Below, in pieces: positions 35,978 to 45,711 of a stretch of 64,000 nt of DNA. The DNA lies in assembly GCA_038232055.1 (NCBI GenBank), contig JBBSIN010000004.1, positions 1,697 to 65,696 of the forward strand. The letters are read 5' to 3'. How positions within the stretch are numbered: the stretch's first letter is position 1; every line of letters starts with the position of its first letter. A program made the position numbers and the translations under genes. The notes beneath the pieces were generated by a model. The model searched no databases, was not told where the DNA came from, and saw only the letters and a program-made list of their open reading frames with translations. This stretch comes from Mycobacteriales bacterium. GTDB taxonomy: Bacteria > Actinomycetota > Actinomycetes > JADGOV01.

Positions 35978-37330
35978 ATGACATCGCCTACTGACAGTCG
36001 CACGGCGCACACCGCCCACTGTCGGCTGGTGACCGCCATCGCCGTATGCTGGCTCGCCGTCGCCGGCTGCTCGTCGAGCGGGCGGGTCGAGCCGGGCAGC
36101 GCCAAGGGTCCGACGCTTGCCCCGTCTACGAGCCGGGCATCGACGCGCGCCGGCGATGACCTCTCCGCCAGCGTGGCTCGCTACCAGGCGACCCTGGAGC
36201 AGGACCCGAAGAACTGGTACGCGTGGGCAAACCTTGGGTCGGCGTACGTCCAGCAGGGACGCATCACCGCCGATCCGACGTACTACCCCAAGGCGCAGAC
36301 GGCGCTGCAGCGCTCCCTCAACCTGGAGTCCCAGCAGAATTTCGTCGGAATGACCGGCATGGCGGCATTGACCGCCGCGCGGCATGACTTCTCCGGCTCG
36401 CTCCGCTGGAGTCGCCGCGCTGCGTCGGTCAACGCCTACAGCGCGTCGGCGTACTCGATCATGACCGACGCCCTGAACGAGCTCGGCCGGTACGACGAGG
36501 CGCTCACTTCGGTGCAACGAGCGGTCAACCTCAAGCCGGGCGTGCAGACCTTCACCCGTGTCTCGTACGCACGAGAGCTGCGGGGGGACGTGCCGGGGGC
36601 GATCGACGCGATGCGCCGCGCCCGCGTTGACGCGTTCTCGCCAGCCGACGTCGCGTTCTGCGACTACTACCTGGGGCTGCTTTACTTCAACTCGGGCAAC
36701 CTGGCGACCGCCATGCGGGCCTTCGAGGCCGGTCTGCGCGCGGACCCGACGTATGCCTTGCTTTACGAAGGGCGGGCGAAGGTCAACGCCGCCAGGGGGC
36801 ACGTCGACGCCGCCGTACGCGACTTCCAAACGGTCGTGAGCCGCTATCCGAGCCCGGAGTACGTCGTCGAGTTCGGCGACTATCTCACCGCCATCGGGCG
36901 CCGGACGCAGGCGCAGGCACAGTACGACCTGGTGGACGTCATCGAACGGTTGTTCCGGGCCAACGGCGTCAACCAGGACCTCGAGATCACGACGTTCGAG
37001 GCCGAGCACGGCCAGGCTTCCGCGGCTATCGCGGCCGGCCGCGAGGAATGGGGGCGTCGCCACAGCATCATCGTCGCCGACGCACTCGGTTGGGCGCTGC
37101 ACGCCGCAGGCCGCAACCCGGAGGCGCTGCGCTACGCGAAAATCGCCACCCGCCTCGGCTATCGCAACTCGCTGTACTACTACCACCGCGGGATGATCGA
37201 GAAGGCGATCGGTGACGGAGCCGCGGCGCGCAGCAGTCTCGGTCTCGCGCTCCGGATCAACCCACACTTCTCGCCGTTGCGCGGGCCGCTGGCCAAAAAG
37301 GCGCTCACGGAGCTCGCCGCGAAGGCATAA
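35978..37330 (+). CDS. TPR-repeat lipoprotein
   Basis: The ATG is at residue 182 of ORF 35435..37330. The lipobox is LAVAGC. Multiple TPR-like units are present (WYAWANLGSAYVQQGR, AYSIMTDALNELGRYDEA, YYLGLLYFNSGNLATA). Confidence 0.75.
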   Translation: MTSPTDSRTAHTAHCRLVTAIAVCWLAVAGCSSSGRVEPGSAKGPTLAPSTSRASTRAGDDLSASVARYQATLEQDPKNWYAWANLGSAYVQQGRITADPTYYPKAQTALQRSLNLESQQNFVGMTGMAALTAARHDFSGSLRWSRRAASVNAYSASAYSIMTDALNELGRYDEALTSVQRAVNLKPGVQTFTRVSYARELRGDVPGAIDAMRRARVDAFSPADVAFCDYYLGLLYFNSGNLATAMRAFEAGLRADPTYALLYEGRAKVNAARGHVDAAVRDFQTVVSRYPSPEYVVEFGDYLTAIGRRTQAQAQYDLVDVIERLFRANGVNQDLEITTFEAEHGQASAAIAAGREEWGRRHSIIVADALGWALHAAGRNPEALRYAKIATRLGYRNSLYYYHRGMIEKAIGDGAAARSSLGLALRINPHFSPLRGPLAKKALTELAAKA

Positions 37331-37334
37331 AGTA

Positions 37335-37363
37335 TTGCGCGGTGCAGTACGGGATGGTACGTT
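37335..37363 (+). promoter_or_regulatory. Candidate housekeeping-type promoter TTGCGC-N17-TACGTT
   Basis: The -35 box is at 37335-37340 and the -10 box at 37358-37363, about 43 nt upstream of the ATG at 37406. GGAGAGGGA is the RBS. Confidence 0.25.
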
Positions 37364-37405
37364 CGCGCCGGTTCAACGAGAAACACAGGAGAGGGACGGT
37401 CGCTG

Positions 37406-38005
37406 ATGTCGAGTGGACGATTTCTATCTGCTGCTGTTGTTGCCGTAATGCCTCTGGCCGCTCTCCATGGTACGCGAGCAACGCCGTCGGTTCCGAGTCA
37501 CATCGCTGTGGCGGAACCTTCGGCAAACTCCCTGAGTGTAATTCACACATCCAACCTTGCACCGCCGCCCGGAGCTCGTCCAGCCCTCGATCCCAGCGCG
37601 GGAAAGTTTCCCACGAGCGGCGTGACGGATCGTTCGGACGGTACATCAAGGCCATACTTCGGGTGCACCCCAGTGACATATCCGGATAACCCGCATTACA
37701 CCGCGCCGGATGTTTCCGCGCACGGGAAGTGGGACAAGGGAAGCTGTAGCAATGACACGGCTCATGTGACAGTCGGTTTGTATGAGTACTACACCGATGG
37801 CTATTTCTACCTGAAGGTGAAGGGTCCTTCTACCCAACTGAAGCCAAGGAAAGTTAGTAACAATCGTGCGAATGCTCGCACTAGGTGCGATTCCACCTCG
37901 CGGGATATTACTTGGCTGAACATGGTCGATGTCGACGTCGACGGCGAAATCGACAGCGGTGAGAAGGGTACGAACAAGAACAATGTCTACTGCGTAGTCA
38001 ACTGA
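37406..38005 (+). CDS. Secreted 4-Cys protein of unknown family (low-GC island gene 1)
   Basis: The N-terminal signal-like stretch is MSSGRFLSAAVVAVMPLAALHG. The mature part has 4 Cys and is Tyr/Asn/Lys-rich. Codon usage is atypical, with many A/T-ending codons. Two 60-nt hand counts gave about 53% G+C. Confidence 0.6.
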   Translation: MSSGRFLSAAVVAVMPLAALHGTRATPSVPSHIAVAEPSANSLSVIHTSNLAPPPGARPALDPSAGKFPTSGVTDRSDGTSRPYFGCTPVTYPDNPHYTAPDVSAHGKWDKGSCSNDTAHVTVGLYEYYTDGYFYLKVKGPSTQLKPRKVSNNRANARTRCDSTSRDITWLNMVDVDVDGEIDSGEKGTNKNNVYCVVN

Positions 38006-38044
38006 GCTCAGGCCCCTAGTCATGCATCCGGCGGGGCCACCGCT

Positions 38045-39256
38045 TTGCGGCGCGTCGGTGCAACATTGGGTCACTGGAAAGGTGCGCGGTCGACGTGTCC
38101 GGCCGGGTCGTCGGTGAGTTCGACCGCGAGCCCGGCGCCACGTCCGCGGCGGACGGGCGATGACCAAGCGCCAGAGGTCGCTAATTTCCAACAATCGACA
38201 GATCGAGCAGACGCTTTGAGCTCCTACAGGCATGAGTTGGTGGAGGACTGGACGTGGAGCAGCCGGGTCGAAGAGGCCGGTTGGATCACCGAAAGATCGC
38301 GCCCCGGCCACGCCCTGCCGACCGGTTACGTGGCCTACGCCCGGCTGCTGCATCCGATCTCGCCCGACGCATCCGAAAGCGGCGGCCAGTGCGCGCAGGT
38401 GCGATGGGCGCACATCGCCGCTTGGAGCGGAGCAACGCTGGGACCCCATACCGCGTTCTGGCAAATCGCGCTGCCCGAGCACCTACCGGCGGAACCTATG
38501 CCCGGTGGCGGGGCCCCTGCCTCACACGTGCTCGGAGTCTATGACGGCACGGCGCTGGCCCGTTTCTTACGCGGCCACACCACGACACCACAACGTTGCT
38601 GGTTCGGTGTCTGGGACGGCTACGGCTGGTACAGCAATGGCGGTTGGCCGGCGCGGGAGGAGCTACCGCCCGAGCTGGTCGGTCGAACCGACGACCCAGT
38701 ACCGGTCGAGGTTCGCACCGGGCCACGGGTGCGGCTGCCACACCGGGACTATCTGCTGTACACCGGCCCGGTGGACGCCGGGCTCGTGTTTCTGCCGAGC
38801 CAACACGAACTAGCCGACCTGTGGTGGCCGTCAGACCATGCCTGGTTCGTTTACGGTGACGTCGACCTCAACTGCACGTACGTCGGCGGCTCGGCCACGC
38901 TGGTGCAAGAGCTGGTTGAGTCGACCGAAGTAGAGGCGATACGGGTTGATCCAGATGACTCGACAGCGATCAGCAGCGAAACTCCTGATTGGCTAGCCGC
39001 TCGGATCGAGACCGCTGTCCAAGACTTGATGACCGTTGGCACCGCAGAACTGCCGACGTCGCGATTCATTGTGCGGTTCGGATTAGGAGGACCCGGCCGC
39101 GTCGCGTCTAAGACGCAGGGTGGGTGGGGATTGCGTTACCACCAGGCCACCTCGCCGGACGGGATCGGCTGGGAGTCACTTAGCCACACCTCGGACCTGC
39201 CGGCGCAGCTGCGCCGGAGGGTCACCAGGATCGTGATCTCACTGGTCGAGGAGTGA
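38045..39256 (+). CDS. Hypothetical cytoplasmic protein (low-GC island gene 2)
   Basis: This is a long ORF with intermediate G+C (57-60% in two hand counts). Motifs GYVAYARLLHP, WFGVWDGYGW and LWWPSDHAWFVYGDVDLNCTYVGGS recall an uncharacterised actinobacterial family. The true start may be TTG/GTG near 38215-38245. Confidence 0.6.
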   Translation: MRRVGATLGHWKGARSTCPAGSSVSSTASPAPRPRRTGDDQAPEVANFQQSTDRADALSSYRHELVEDWTWSSRVEEAGWITERSRPGHALPTGYVAYARLLHPISPDASESGGQCAQVRWAHIAAWSGATLGPHTAFWQIALPEHLPAEPMPGGGAPASHVLGVYDGTALARFLRGHTTTPQRCWFGVWDGYGWYSNGGWPAREELPPELVGRTDDPVPVEVRTGPRVRLPHRDYLLYTGPVDAGLVFLPSQHELADLWWPSDHAWFVYGDVDLNCTYVGGSATLVQELVESTEVEAIRVDPDDSTAISSETPDWLAARIETAVQDLMTVGTAELPTSRFIVRFGLGGPGRVASKTQGGWGLRYHQATSPDGIGWESLSHTSDLPAQLRRRVTRIVISLVEE

Positions 39257-39331
39257 TCGGCTGCAGGGTTTGCTCGATGAGCTTACTGCACGCTTCCATG
39301 CTTGAGTCGCAAAGGCTGGCCGGCGCTCCGC

Positions 39332-39922
39332 CTACCGCGATGCCGACCTGGCGGCTCCGAACCCGTTCCCGTCCCAGCGCCAGGAGACCCTAGACCGCAC
39401 GTCCGGGCAGCAGCGCGGAATCGTGGGACCGGTGTAGCCCAGGCCCGTGGCGGTCACGACACCGCTGCCGATGCTGACATCGCGGACGAACTCCACTCGT
39501 GGGGCGCGGAGCTCACCAAGGGACCTGGGCGCACCGGCCGGTGACGCTCCGTCGTAGACGAACAGGTGGTGTGGCGGGGATCCAGCGCCGGCGTCGCAGA
39601 CGACGACGACCGCCGCCTCGGGTCGTCCGTCGCCGGTGAGGTCGCCGTACCTGTGCTCGAGGACGCGGACCGGAAAGGGTCGGCACTCGAGTGGGTATCG
39701 GACGTGGCTCCAGTCCCGAGCCGTCAGCGGCAGCGCAGCGGCCGGTGGAGCTGGCGTCGGTGGAGCTGGCGTCGGTGGAGCTGCGGCGGCGTGCGGACGG
39801 CGCGACGTCGACCGCAGTGCCCCGTGGACGCCGACGCCCAGCAGGACGGCGCCCACAACGAAGCTGAGGAGTATCGGCGCCAGCCAGCGGTGCAGCGGCG
39901 ATCTCACTGCGCTCCCCACCAT
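39332..39922 (-). CDS. Membrane-anchored hypothetical protein with a Pro-rich linker
   Basis: ATG at 39922 (MVGSAVRSPLHRWLAPILLSFVVGAVLLGVGV). The PPTPAPPTPAPP linker is encoded by a 15-bp tandem repeat at 39744-39784. Confidence 0.5.
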   Translation of the reverse strand: MVGSAVRSPLHRWLAPILLSFVVGAVLLGVGVHGALRSTSRRPHAAAAPPTPAPPTPAPPAAALPLTARDWSHVRYPLECRPFPVRVLEHRYGDLTGDGRPEAAVVVVCDAGAGSPPHHLFVYDGASPAGAPRSLGELRAPRVEFVRDVSIGSGVVTATGLGYTGPTIPRCCPDVRSRVSWRWDGNGFGAARSASR

Positions 39923-40045
39923 CGTTACCCCCCGCACTCCTGCTGCGAGCGTAAGCCGCATTCCGGCCTGCACCGGCTCGGGAAGCGGCGTGTTGCTCGG
40001 CGCGCCGAGCGGAATCTGTCGCAGGGCCGCCCTAGCGTCCGCCTC

Positions 40046-41821
40046 GTGACCGTTTTGGCGCACTTCCCGGCGCAGGCGAGCTTCGACGAGCTTGGCACGC
40101 CCCTGCGCGACGTGACCTTCGTCGTCGTCGATCTCGAGACGACCGGTGGGTCACCCGCTGGCTCAGCCATCACCGAGATCGGCGCGGTCAAGGTGCGCGG
40201 CGGCGAGGTGCTCGGCGAGTTCGCGACGCTGGTCAACCCGCAGGCCACCATCCCGCCGTTCATCGCGGTGCTGACGGGCATCACCGATGCGATGGTCGCC
40301 GCGGCCCCTCGGGTCGACGCGGCGCTCCCCGCCTTTCTGGAGTTTGCGCGCGGGACGGTCCTCGTCGCGCACAACGCACCCTTCGATGTGGGATTCCTCC
40401 GCGCCGGCTGCGAGCGCACCGGCACCCCGTGGCCGGGGTTCGACTCCGTCGACACTGCCCGGCTCGCCCGCCGGGTGCTGACCCGTGATGAGGCACCCGA
40501 CTGCAAGCTCGCGACGCTCGCGCGCCTCGTCCATGCCACGACCCAGCCGTGCCACCGAGCACTCGCCGACGCTCGCGCAACCGTCGACGTGCTGCACGCC
40601 CTGCTCGAACGCCTGGGGGGACTCGGAGTCCAGTCACTCGAGGAGCTACGAACCTTCTCGTCGCAGGTCAGTGCCGCCCAGCGACGCAAGCGTCACCTGG
40701 CGGGGCACCTGCCCAGCGCACCGGGTGTCTACCTCTTCCGCGACGCGCGCGGCAGGGTCCTCTACATCGGCAAGAGCGGCGACCTCCGCCGGCGGGTGCG
40801 CTCGTACTTCGTCGCCTCCGAGCCGCGCACCCGGATGGCAGAGATGGTCGGACTCGCCGAACGCGTCGATGCCGTTCGCTGCGCGCATGCGCTCGAGGCG
40901 GAGGTGCGCGAGCTGCGGCTCATCGCCGAGCACAAACCGCGATACAATCGACGGTCGCGCTTTCCGGAGCGCACCCTCTACGTCAAGATCACTGTTGAGT
41001 CCTACCCGCGGCTCTCGCTTGTTCGCGGCCTCGCTGACGACGGTGCGACCTACCTGGGGCCGTTCGGCTCGACTCGATCAGCGGAGCAGGCAGCTGCCGC
41101 GTTGCACGAGGCGTTCCGCCTCCGGCAGTGCGGGGGTCGGCTGTCCCCCCGTCGGCGACGGCCGGCGTGCGCGCTCGCCGAAATGGGCCGTTGCGGCGCA
41201 CCGTGCGAGGGCCGCGAAAGCCCGACTGACTACGCGGCTCATGTCATCGCCGCGCGAGCCGCCGTGCTCGGAGACCCGCGTCCGGTCGTGGCCGCCGTGC
41301 AGCGTCGCATTTCCCGGCTGACTACCGCGGAGCGTTTCGAGGAGGCCGCGGTGCATCGCGACCGCCTCGCCGCCTTCGTCCGTGCCGCCGCCCGTCTGCA
41401 GCGGCTGTCGGCCCTGACGTCGATCGCGCAGCTGGTGGCCGCTCGCCCTGCCGCGTCGGGCGGCTGGGAGCTTGCCGTCGTCCGGCACGGGAGACTGGTC
41501 GCGGCTGGCGTCACGGCGGCCGGCGCCGCCGTGCGGCCCTACGTCGACGCCCTGGTCGCCACCGCCGAGACTGTCGCGCCCGGGCCCGGACCAACGCCGT
41601 GCGCGAGCGCCGAGGAGACCGAGTGCCTGCTGCGCTGGCTCGATGCCGCCGGAACGCGGCTCGTGGAGGTCACCGAATCGTGGCGGTCCCCCGCCGCAGG
41701 AGCCGCCCGACTCCGGACGTGGCTTGAGCAGGCGTACGACGGCCCCGCTAGCGTGTCGGTGCTCGACGACGGTAGGGGGCTGCGCCCGGTGCACCAACCG
41801 GCTCGCGCCGGTGCGGGATAG
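40046..41821 (+). CDS. DEDDh 3'-5' exonuclease (DnaQ-like) fused to a GIY-YIG (UvrC-like) nuclease domain
   Basis: GTG is at residue 161 of ORF 39566..41821. FVVVDLETTG, VAHNAPFDVGFL and HRALADA are followed by GVYLFRDARGRVLYIGKSGDLRRRVRSYF. Position is syntenic with Rv2191. Confidence 0.85.
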   Translation: MTVLAHFPAQASFDELGTPLRDVTFVVVDLETTGGSPAGSAITEIGAVKVRGGEVLGEFATLVNPQATIPPFIAVLTGITDAMVAAAPRVDAALPAFLEFARGTVLVAHNAPFDVGFLRAGCERTGTPWPGFDSVDTARLARRVLTRDEAPDCKLATLARLVHATTQPCHRALADARATVDVLHALLERLGGLGVQSLEELRTFSSQVSAAQRRKRHLAGHLPSAPGVYLFRDARGRVLYIGKSGDLRRRVRSYFVASEPRTRMAEMVGLAERVDAVRCAHALEAEVRELRLIAEHKPRYNRRSRFPERTLYVKITVESYPRLSLVRGLADDGATYLGPFGSTRSAEQAAAALHEAFRLRQCGGRLSPRRRRPACALAEMGRCGAPCEGRESPTDYAAHVIAARAAVLGDPRPVVAAVQRRISRLTTAERFEEAAVHRDRLAAFVRAAARLQRLSALTSIAQLVAARPAASGGWELAVVRHGRLVAAGVTAAGAAVRPYVDALVATAETVAPGPGPTPCASAEETECLLRWLDAAGTRLVEVTESWRSPAAGAARLRTWLEQAYDGPASVSVLDDGRGLRPVHQPARAGAG

Positions 41822-41844
41822 TCTCGCGGCCATCTCCGGGAAGG

Positions 41845-42147
41845 TTGGTCGTGATCACTGCCATCGTGCTCGTGAAGTGTGCCGTCGACCGCATTCCCGA
41901 GGTGGCCGAGTCGATCGCCGATCTGACCGGGGTCAGCGAGGTCTACTCGGTGACCGGCGACGTCGACCTCGTCGCCATGGTGCGGGTCCGCGAGCACGAG
42001 GAGCTCGCCGACGTCATCGCCGACCGGCTGAGCAAGGTGGCGGGTGTACTCGAGACCGAGACGCACATCGCCTTCCGTTCCTACTCCCAGCATGATCTCG
42101 AAGCGGCGTTCGCGCTCGGCTTGGACGACGAGGCCGACCCGGACTGA
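41845..42147 (+). CDS. Stand-alone Lrp/AsnC ligand-binding (RAM) domain protein
   Basis: VITAIVLVKCAVDRIPEVAESIADLTGVSEVYSVTGDVDLVAMVRV...ETHIAF is present. Confidence 0.75.
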   Translation: MVVITAIVLVKCAVDRIPEVAESIADLTGVSEVYSVTGDVDLVAMVRVREHEELADVIADRLSKVAGVLETETHIAFRSYSQHDLEAAFALGLDDEADPD

Positions 42148-42175
42148 GCCGTTGTTGCTCGGACCGCAGAGCCGC

Positions 42176-43216
42176 TCAGCCGTCGCGCACACACGACCGC
42201 GCGACGTCCACCCAGCGCTTGAGCGTCGCGGCCGCCCGGCCGGAGTCCAGCGCGGTATAGGCACGGCCTTGTGCGGCGGCGAGCTGCGGTACCAGAGGCC
42301 CGTCGGTGAGCTCCAGCGCCACTAGCGCCGCCGCGGCGTTGAGGACGACGGCGTCGCGCACCGGGCCCTTTTCGCCGGCGAGCAGTGCGCGGGCGGCCGC
42401 GGCGTTGTACGCGGCGTCGGCACCGCGCAGGTCCTCCAACGTCGCGGGGGGGATCCCGAGGTCGGCCGGGTCGACCGTGTCGCGCCGTACCTCCCCGGCA
42501 CGGACCGTCCACACCGTCGACGTGGTGGTCGTCGTGAGCTCGTCCAGCCCGTCGTCGCCGCGGAAGACCAGCGCCGACGCGCCACGCGCGCCCAGCACGC
42601 CGGCCATGACCGGAGCCATCCGCGCGTCCGCCACGCCGACCGCCTGCGCGCCCGGGTGCGCCGGGTTGGTAAGCGGGCCCAGGAAGTTGAACACGGTCGC
42701 TACGCCGAGCTCCCGGCGCGGCGCGGCGGCATGCCGAAGTGCCGGGTGGAAGACCGGGGCGAAACAGAACCCGATCCCTGCCTCGGCGACGCAGCGGGCC
42801 ACCCCGGCCGGTGACAGGTCGACGACGACGCCGAGCTCCTCGAGGAGGTCAGCGGACCCGCAGGCGGACGACGCGGCCCGGTTGCCGTGCTTGACGACCG
42901 TCGGGCCCGCCGCCGCGACGACGAGCGCGGCCATCGTCGAGATGTTGACGGTGTGGGCGCGGTCGCCACCCGTCCCGCAGGTGTCGACGATGGGGCCCGG
43001 AATGTTCAGCGGAGCCGCGTTGTCGAGCATTGCCGCAACGAGGCCGGCCACCTCCGGCGGCGTCTCCCCCTTGGCGCGCAGCGCGACCGCGAAACCGGCG
43101 ACCTGAGCGGGTGTAGCCGCACCCGCCATCACCTGCCCCATCGCCCAAGCGGTCTCCGCAGCGGTCAGCGACTCGCCGCGGAGCAGAGTCGTGAGCAGGC
43201 CCGGCCATGTCGCCAC
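42176..43216 (-). CDS. trpD: Anthranilate phosphoribosyltransferase
   Basis: [35 protein letters not shown] and [10 protein letters not shown] are present. GTG at 43216 is preferred, since the maximal ORF start at 43276 would overlap the upstream gene. Confidence 0.9.
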   Translation of the reverse strand: MATWPGLLTTLLRGESLTAAETAWAMGQVMAGAATPAQVAGFAVALRAKGETPPEVAGLVAAMLDNAAPLNIPGPIVDTCGTGGDRAHTVNISTMAALVVAAAGPTVVKHGNRAASSACGSADLLEELGVVVDLSPAGVARCVAEAGIGFCFAPVFHPALRHAAAPRRELGVATVFNFLGPLTNPAHPGAQAVGVADARMAPVMAGVLGARGASALVFRGDDGLDELTTTTTSTVWTVRAGEVRRDTVDPADLGIPPATLEDLRGADAAYNAAAARALLAGEKGPVRDAVVLNAAAALVALELTDGPLVPQLAAAQGRAYTALDSGRAAATLKRWVDVARSCVRDG

Positions 43217-43226
43217 GGTGCCGAGG

Positions 43227-43493
43227 CTAGTGGTCGAGCGCCTTGTGCAGGTCGGCCCCGAGCCGCTCGGTGTCAACGTGCAGCCGTGGCGCGACTTCGG
43301 CGAGCTGCCGGCCGGCCGTCGCGAGCGCGGCGGCCGCCGAAGTCACCTGTCGAACGGCGGCGGCCACGACCGTCGTGTACTCGGCGGACAGCGCCGCACC
43401 ACAGCGGGGGCAGTGGCCGGCGGCACCCGGCTGCAGCACCTCCACCAGGCGGAACTGCTGCCCGCAGCGCCCGCACCAGGACCCGACGTCCAC
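43227..43493 (-). CDS. Small zinc-ribbon protein (CxxC...CxxC), hypothetical
   Basis: GTG at 43493 ([14 protein letters not shown]...[10 protein letters not shown]) is followed by a helical tail. The gene starts 2 nt after the upstream stop. Confidence 0.5.
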   Translation of the reverse strand: MDVGSWCGRCGQQFRLVEVLQPGAAGHCPRCGAALSAEYTTVVAAAVRQVTSAAAALATAGRQLAEVAPRLHVDTERLGADLHKALDH

Positions 43494-43495
43494 GG

Positions 43496-43957
43496 CTAGC
43501 GACGGCGGGCGGGAACGCCGCGGGCACGGGCGCGGAGCAGGTCGGCGACCGTGGCGGCAGCGGTCACCGGGTCGAGCGGATGCGCGAGCGTGCCGTCGGC
43601 CCGGGACCACGCGGCGAGCCAGGCGTCATCGCGCCGACCCACGACGATGACGATCGGCGGGACGTCGGCCACCTCGTCCTTGAGCTGCCGGCATAGCCCC
43701 ATGCCGCCGGTCGGCCAGGCCTCACCATCGAGCACCGCCAAGTCGATCCCCCCGGCGTCGATCTCCCGAACGACCGCGTCACCGTCGTCGATCTCGACGT
43801 AGTCGATGTGCCCGAGATCGCGGGTGGGGCGCCGGCCGACGGCGAGCATGACCCGCTCACGGGTGGCCGGGTCGTCGCTGTAGACGAGCACGGTCAGCGT
43901 CTCGGGGCCGTCCGCCACCGTCTCGGGGCTCTCCACGCCGCCGATGCTACTTCGCAT
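43496..43957 (-). CDS. Stand-alone receiver-like (atypical response-regulator) domain protein
   Basis: LTVLVYSDDPATRE...IDLAVLDGEAWPTGGMGLCRQLK...PPIVIVVGR is present. The usual K-P position reads H-P. Confidence 0.6.
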   Translation of the reverse strand: MRSSIGGVESPETVADGPETLTVLVYSDDPATRERVMLAVGRRPTRDLGHIDYVEIDDGDAVVREIDAGGIDLAVLDGEAWPTGGMGLCRQLKDEVADVPPIVIVVGRRDDAWLAAWSRADGTLAHPLDPVTAAATVADLLRARARGVPARRR

Positions 43958-43961
43958 CCGA

Positions 43962-45023
43962 CTACTGCTCGGATCGCGCGGCAGCCGCTTCGCCCGCCCG
44001 TGTCGTCGAACGCCGGCTCAGTGCCCTCAGCCGGGCGTTGTACGCCGCGAGCGCAGCGTCCTCGGGGTCCTCGGCGTTCTCGCCGTCCCCAGTCTCGGTG
44101 GTGCGACCACCAAGCCGGTCCAACTGCCCGCGCCGGTCGATCTGCTCGAGCCGGTCGAGCCGGCGATCTTCGCGCTGCGCCTCTCGCTCGTCGGCCTGCA
44201 TCCACTGCACCGCCACGCAGCCGACGAGCAGCAGCGAGGCGATCTCACCGGCTGCCCAGAGCAGGCCACCTCCTGTGTGCTGGTCGGCGAGCGGGGTCCC
44301 GCCCCAGGTGCGGTGCAGTCCGGCGTACCAGTGACCAGCGATCACCGAGTTCTGACTCAGGATCGCCACGCCGAGGAAGGCGTGGAACGGCACTGTGATG
44401 AAGACCAGGACCAGCCGCAGCAGGTGCGGCAGGCGGTGCGGCAGCGGATCGAGTCCGAGCACCGGCCACAGGAAGAGGCAGCCCACAGCGAGCAGGTGCC
44501 CGTGCAGCACCACGTGCCAGAACTCTGAGCGCAGGGTCGCCTCGTAGATCGGCGAGAAGTAGAGCACGAACGGCGATGCGATGAACAGGAAGGTCCCGAC
44601 CAGCGGATGCATCATCACCCGGGCGACCCGGCTGTGCAGCACGGCGAGCAGTCGCCGGCGCCCGTCCATTGGGAGCGTGCGCAGGGCAAGGGTGATCGGA
44701 GCGCCGAGCGCGAGGAAGACCGGGGCGATCATCGTCAGCAGCATGTGCTGGGCCATATGCGCCGAGAAGAGCACATCGTCGTACGCCGCGAGGCCCGAGA
44801 TCGCCGCGATGGCCACCGAACCCAGGCCACCGGCGAGGAACGACACCGACCGGGCGACGGGCCAGCGGTCACCGCGGCGGGACAGCCGCCGGACGCCCGC
44901 GAGGTAGAGCCCGGCGAGCGCCACGAGGACGCAGGCGGCGACCGGTTCGACGGCCCAATCGGTCACCAGCCGAAGCGCCGTCAGGGGCGGCGGCACGTCC
45001 GCCTCCAGGTGGGCGAGCAACAC
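43962..45023 (-). CDS. Cytochrome c oxidase assembly protein (caa3 CtaG-type membrane protein)
   Basis: The protein is polytopic, with [23 protein letters not shown]...[11 protein letters not shown]. It is divergent from ctaE. Confidence 0.8.
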   Translation of the reverse strand: MLLAHLEADVPPPLTALRLVTDWAVEPVAACVLVALAGLYLAGVRRLSRRGDRWPVARSVSFLAGGLGSVAIAAISGLAAYDDVLFSAHMAQHMLLTMIAPVFLALGAPITLALRTLPMDGRRRLLAVLHSRVARVMMHPLVGTFLFIASPFVLYFSPIYEATLRSEFWHVVLHGHLLAVGCLFLWPVLGLDPLPHRLPHLLRLVLVFITVPFHAFLGVAILSQNSVIAGHWYAGLHRTWGGTPLADQHTGGGLLWAAGEIASLLLVGCVAVQWMQADEREAQREDRRLDRLEQIDRRGQLDRLGGRTTETGDGENAEDPEDAALAAYNARLRALSRRSTTRAGEAAAARSEQ

Positions 45024-45086
45024 CGGCTCAGACTAGGCGTACCTCGTCGGGGGGTCGCCTGCCGTTCGTCGTACGGGGCGGTAATA

Positions 45087-45701
45087 ATGGCGCCCGTGGC
45101 GAGCGCTGTAGCGGTGGAGAACGCCCCGTCCCACGGGGCACCGACCAGGCCCAACCTGGTCAGCGTCGGCACCATTGTGTGGCTGTCCTCAGAGCTCATG
45201 TTCTTCGCCGCGTTGTTCGCGATGTACTTCACGGTCCGCGCGGTCACCGTGGGCACCGGCGCGCCGTGGCCACCTTTCCCAGTCGAGCTCGACCTCAAGA
45301 CGGCAGCTCCGTTCACCATCGTGCTGGTGCTCTCCAGCATCACCTGCCAGGTCGGGGTCTTCGCCGCGGAGCGCGGCGACGTCCACGGCATGCGGCGCTG
45401 GTTCTTCTACACATTCCTGATGGGCTCGATCTTCGTCGCGGGGCAGTCCTACGAGTACTTCGTCCACAACAGGTTCTCGATGGCGACCAACTCCTACGGC
45501 TCGGTCTACTACCTGGCTACCGGCTTCCACGGCCTGCACGTCATCGGTGGTCTCCTGGCCTTCATCATCGTGCTCGCCAGATCCACCTACGGGCGCTTCA
45601 CCCCTGACAAGGCCACGACGGCGATCGTGGTCTCCTACTACTGGCACTTCGTCGATGTGGTGTGGATCGGTTTGTTCGCGACCATCTACCTGATCCGGTG
45701 A
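45087..45701 (+). CDS. ctaE: Cytochrome c oxidase subunit III
   Basis: The ATG is at residue 161 of ORF 44607..45701. [32 protein letters not shown] and [14 protein letters not shown] are present. Confidence 0.9.
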   Translation: MAPVASAVAVENAPSHGAPTRPNLVSVGTIVWLSSELMFFAALFAMYFTVRAVTVGTGAPWPPFPVELDLKTAAPFTIVLVLSSITCQVGVFAAERGDVHGMRRWFFYTFLMGSIFVAGQSYEYFVHNRFSMATNSYGSVYYLATGFHGLHVIGGLLAFIIVLARSTYGRFTPDKATTAIVVSYYWHFVDVVWIGLFATIYLIR

Positions 45702-45711
45702 GGACCCTCTG

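Noticed and set aside
35930-37267. Upstream 445 codons of ORF 35474..37267 (minus strand)
   Set aside because: This part is antisense to the well-supported TPR lipoprotein gene. Only the last 152 codons (GTG at 35929, signal peptide plus lipobox) look like a real protein.
37331-39331. The low-GC island as a classical integrative mobile element
   Set aside because: I found no integrase, transposase or recombinase ORF, no adjacent tRNA, and no flanking direct or inverted repeats. I report it as a compositional island only.
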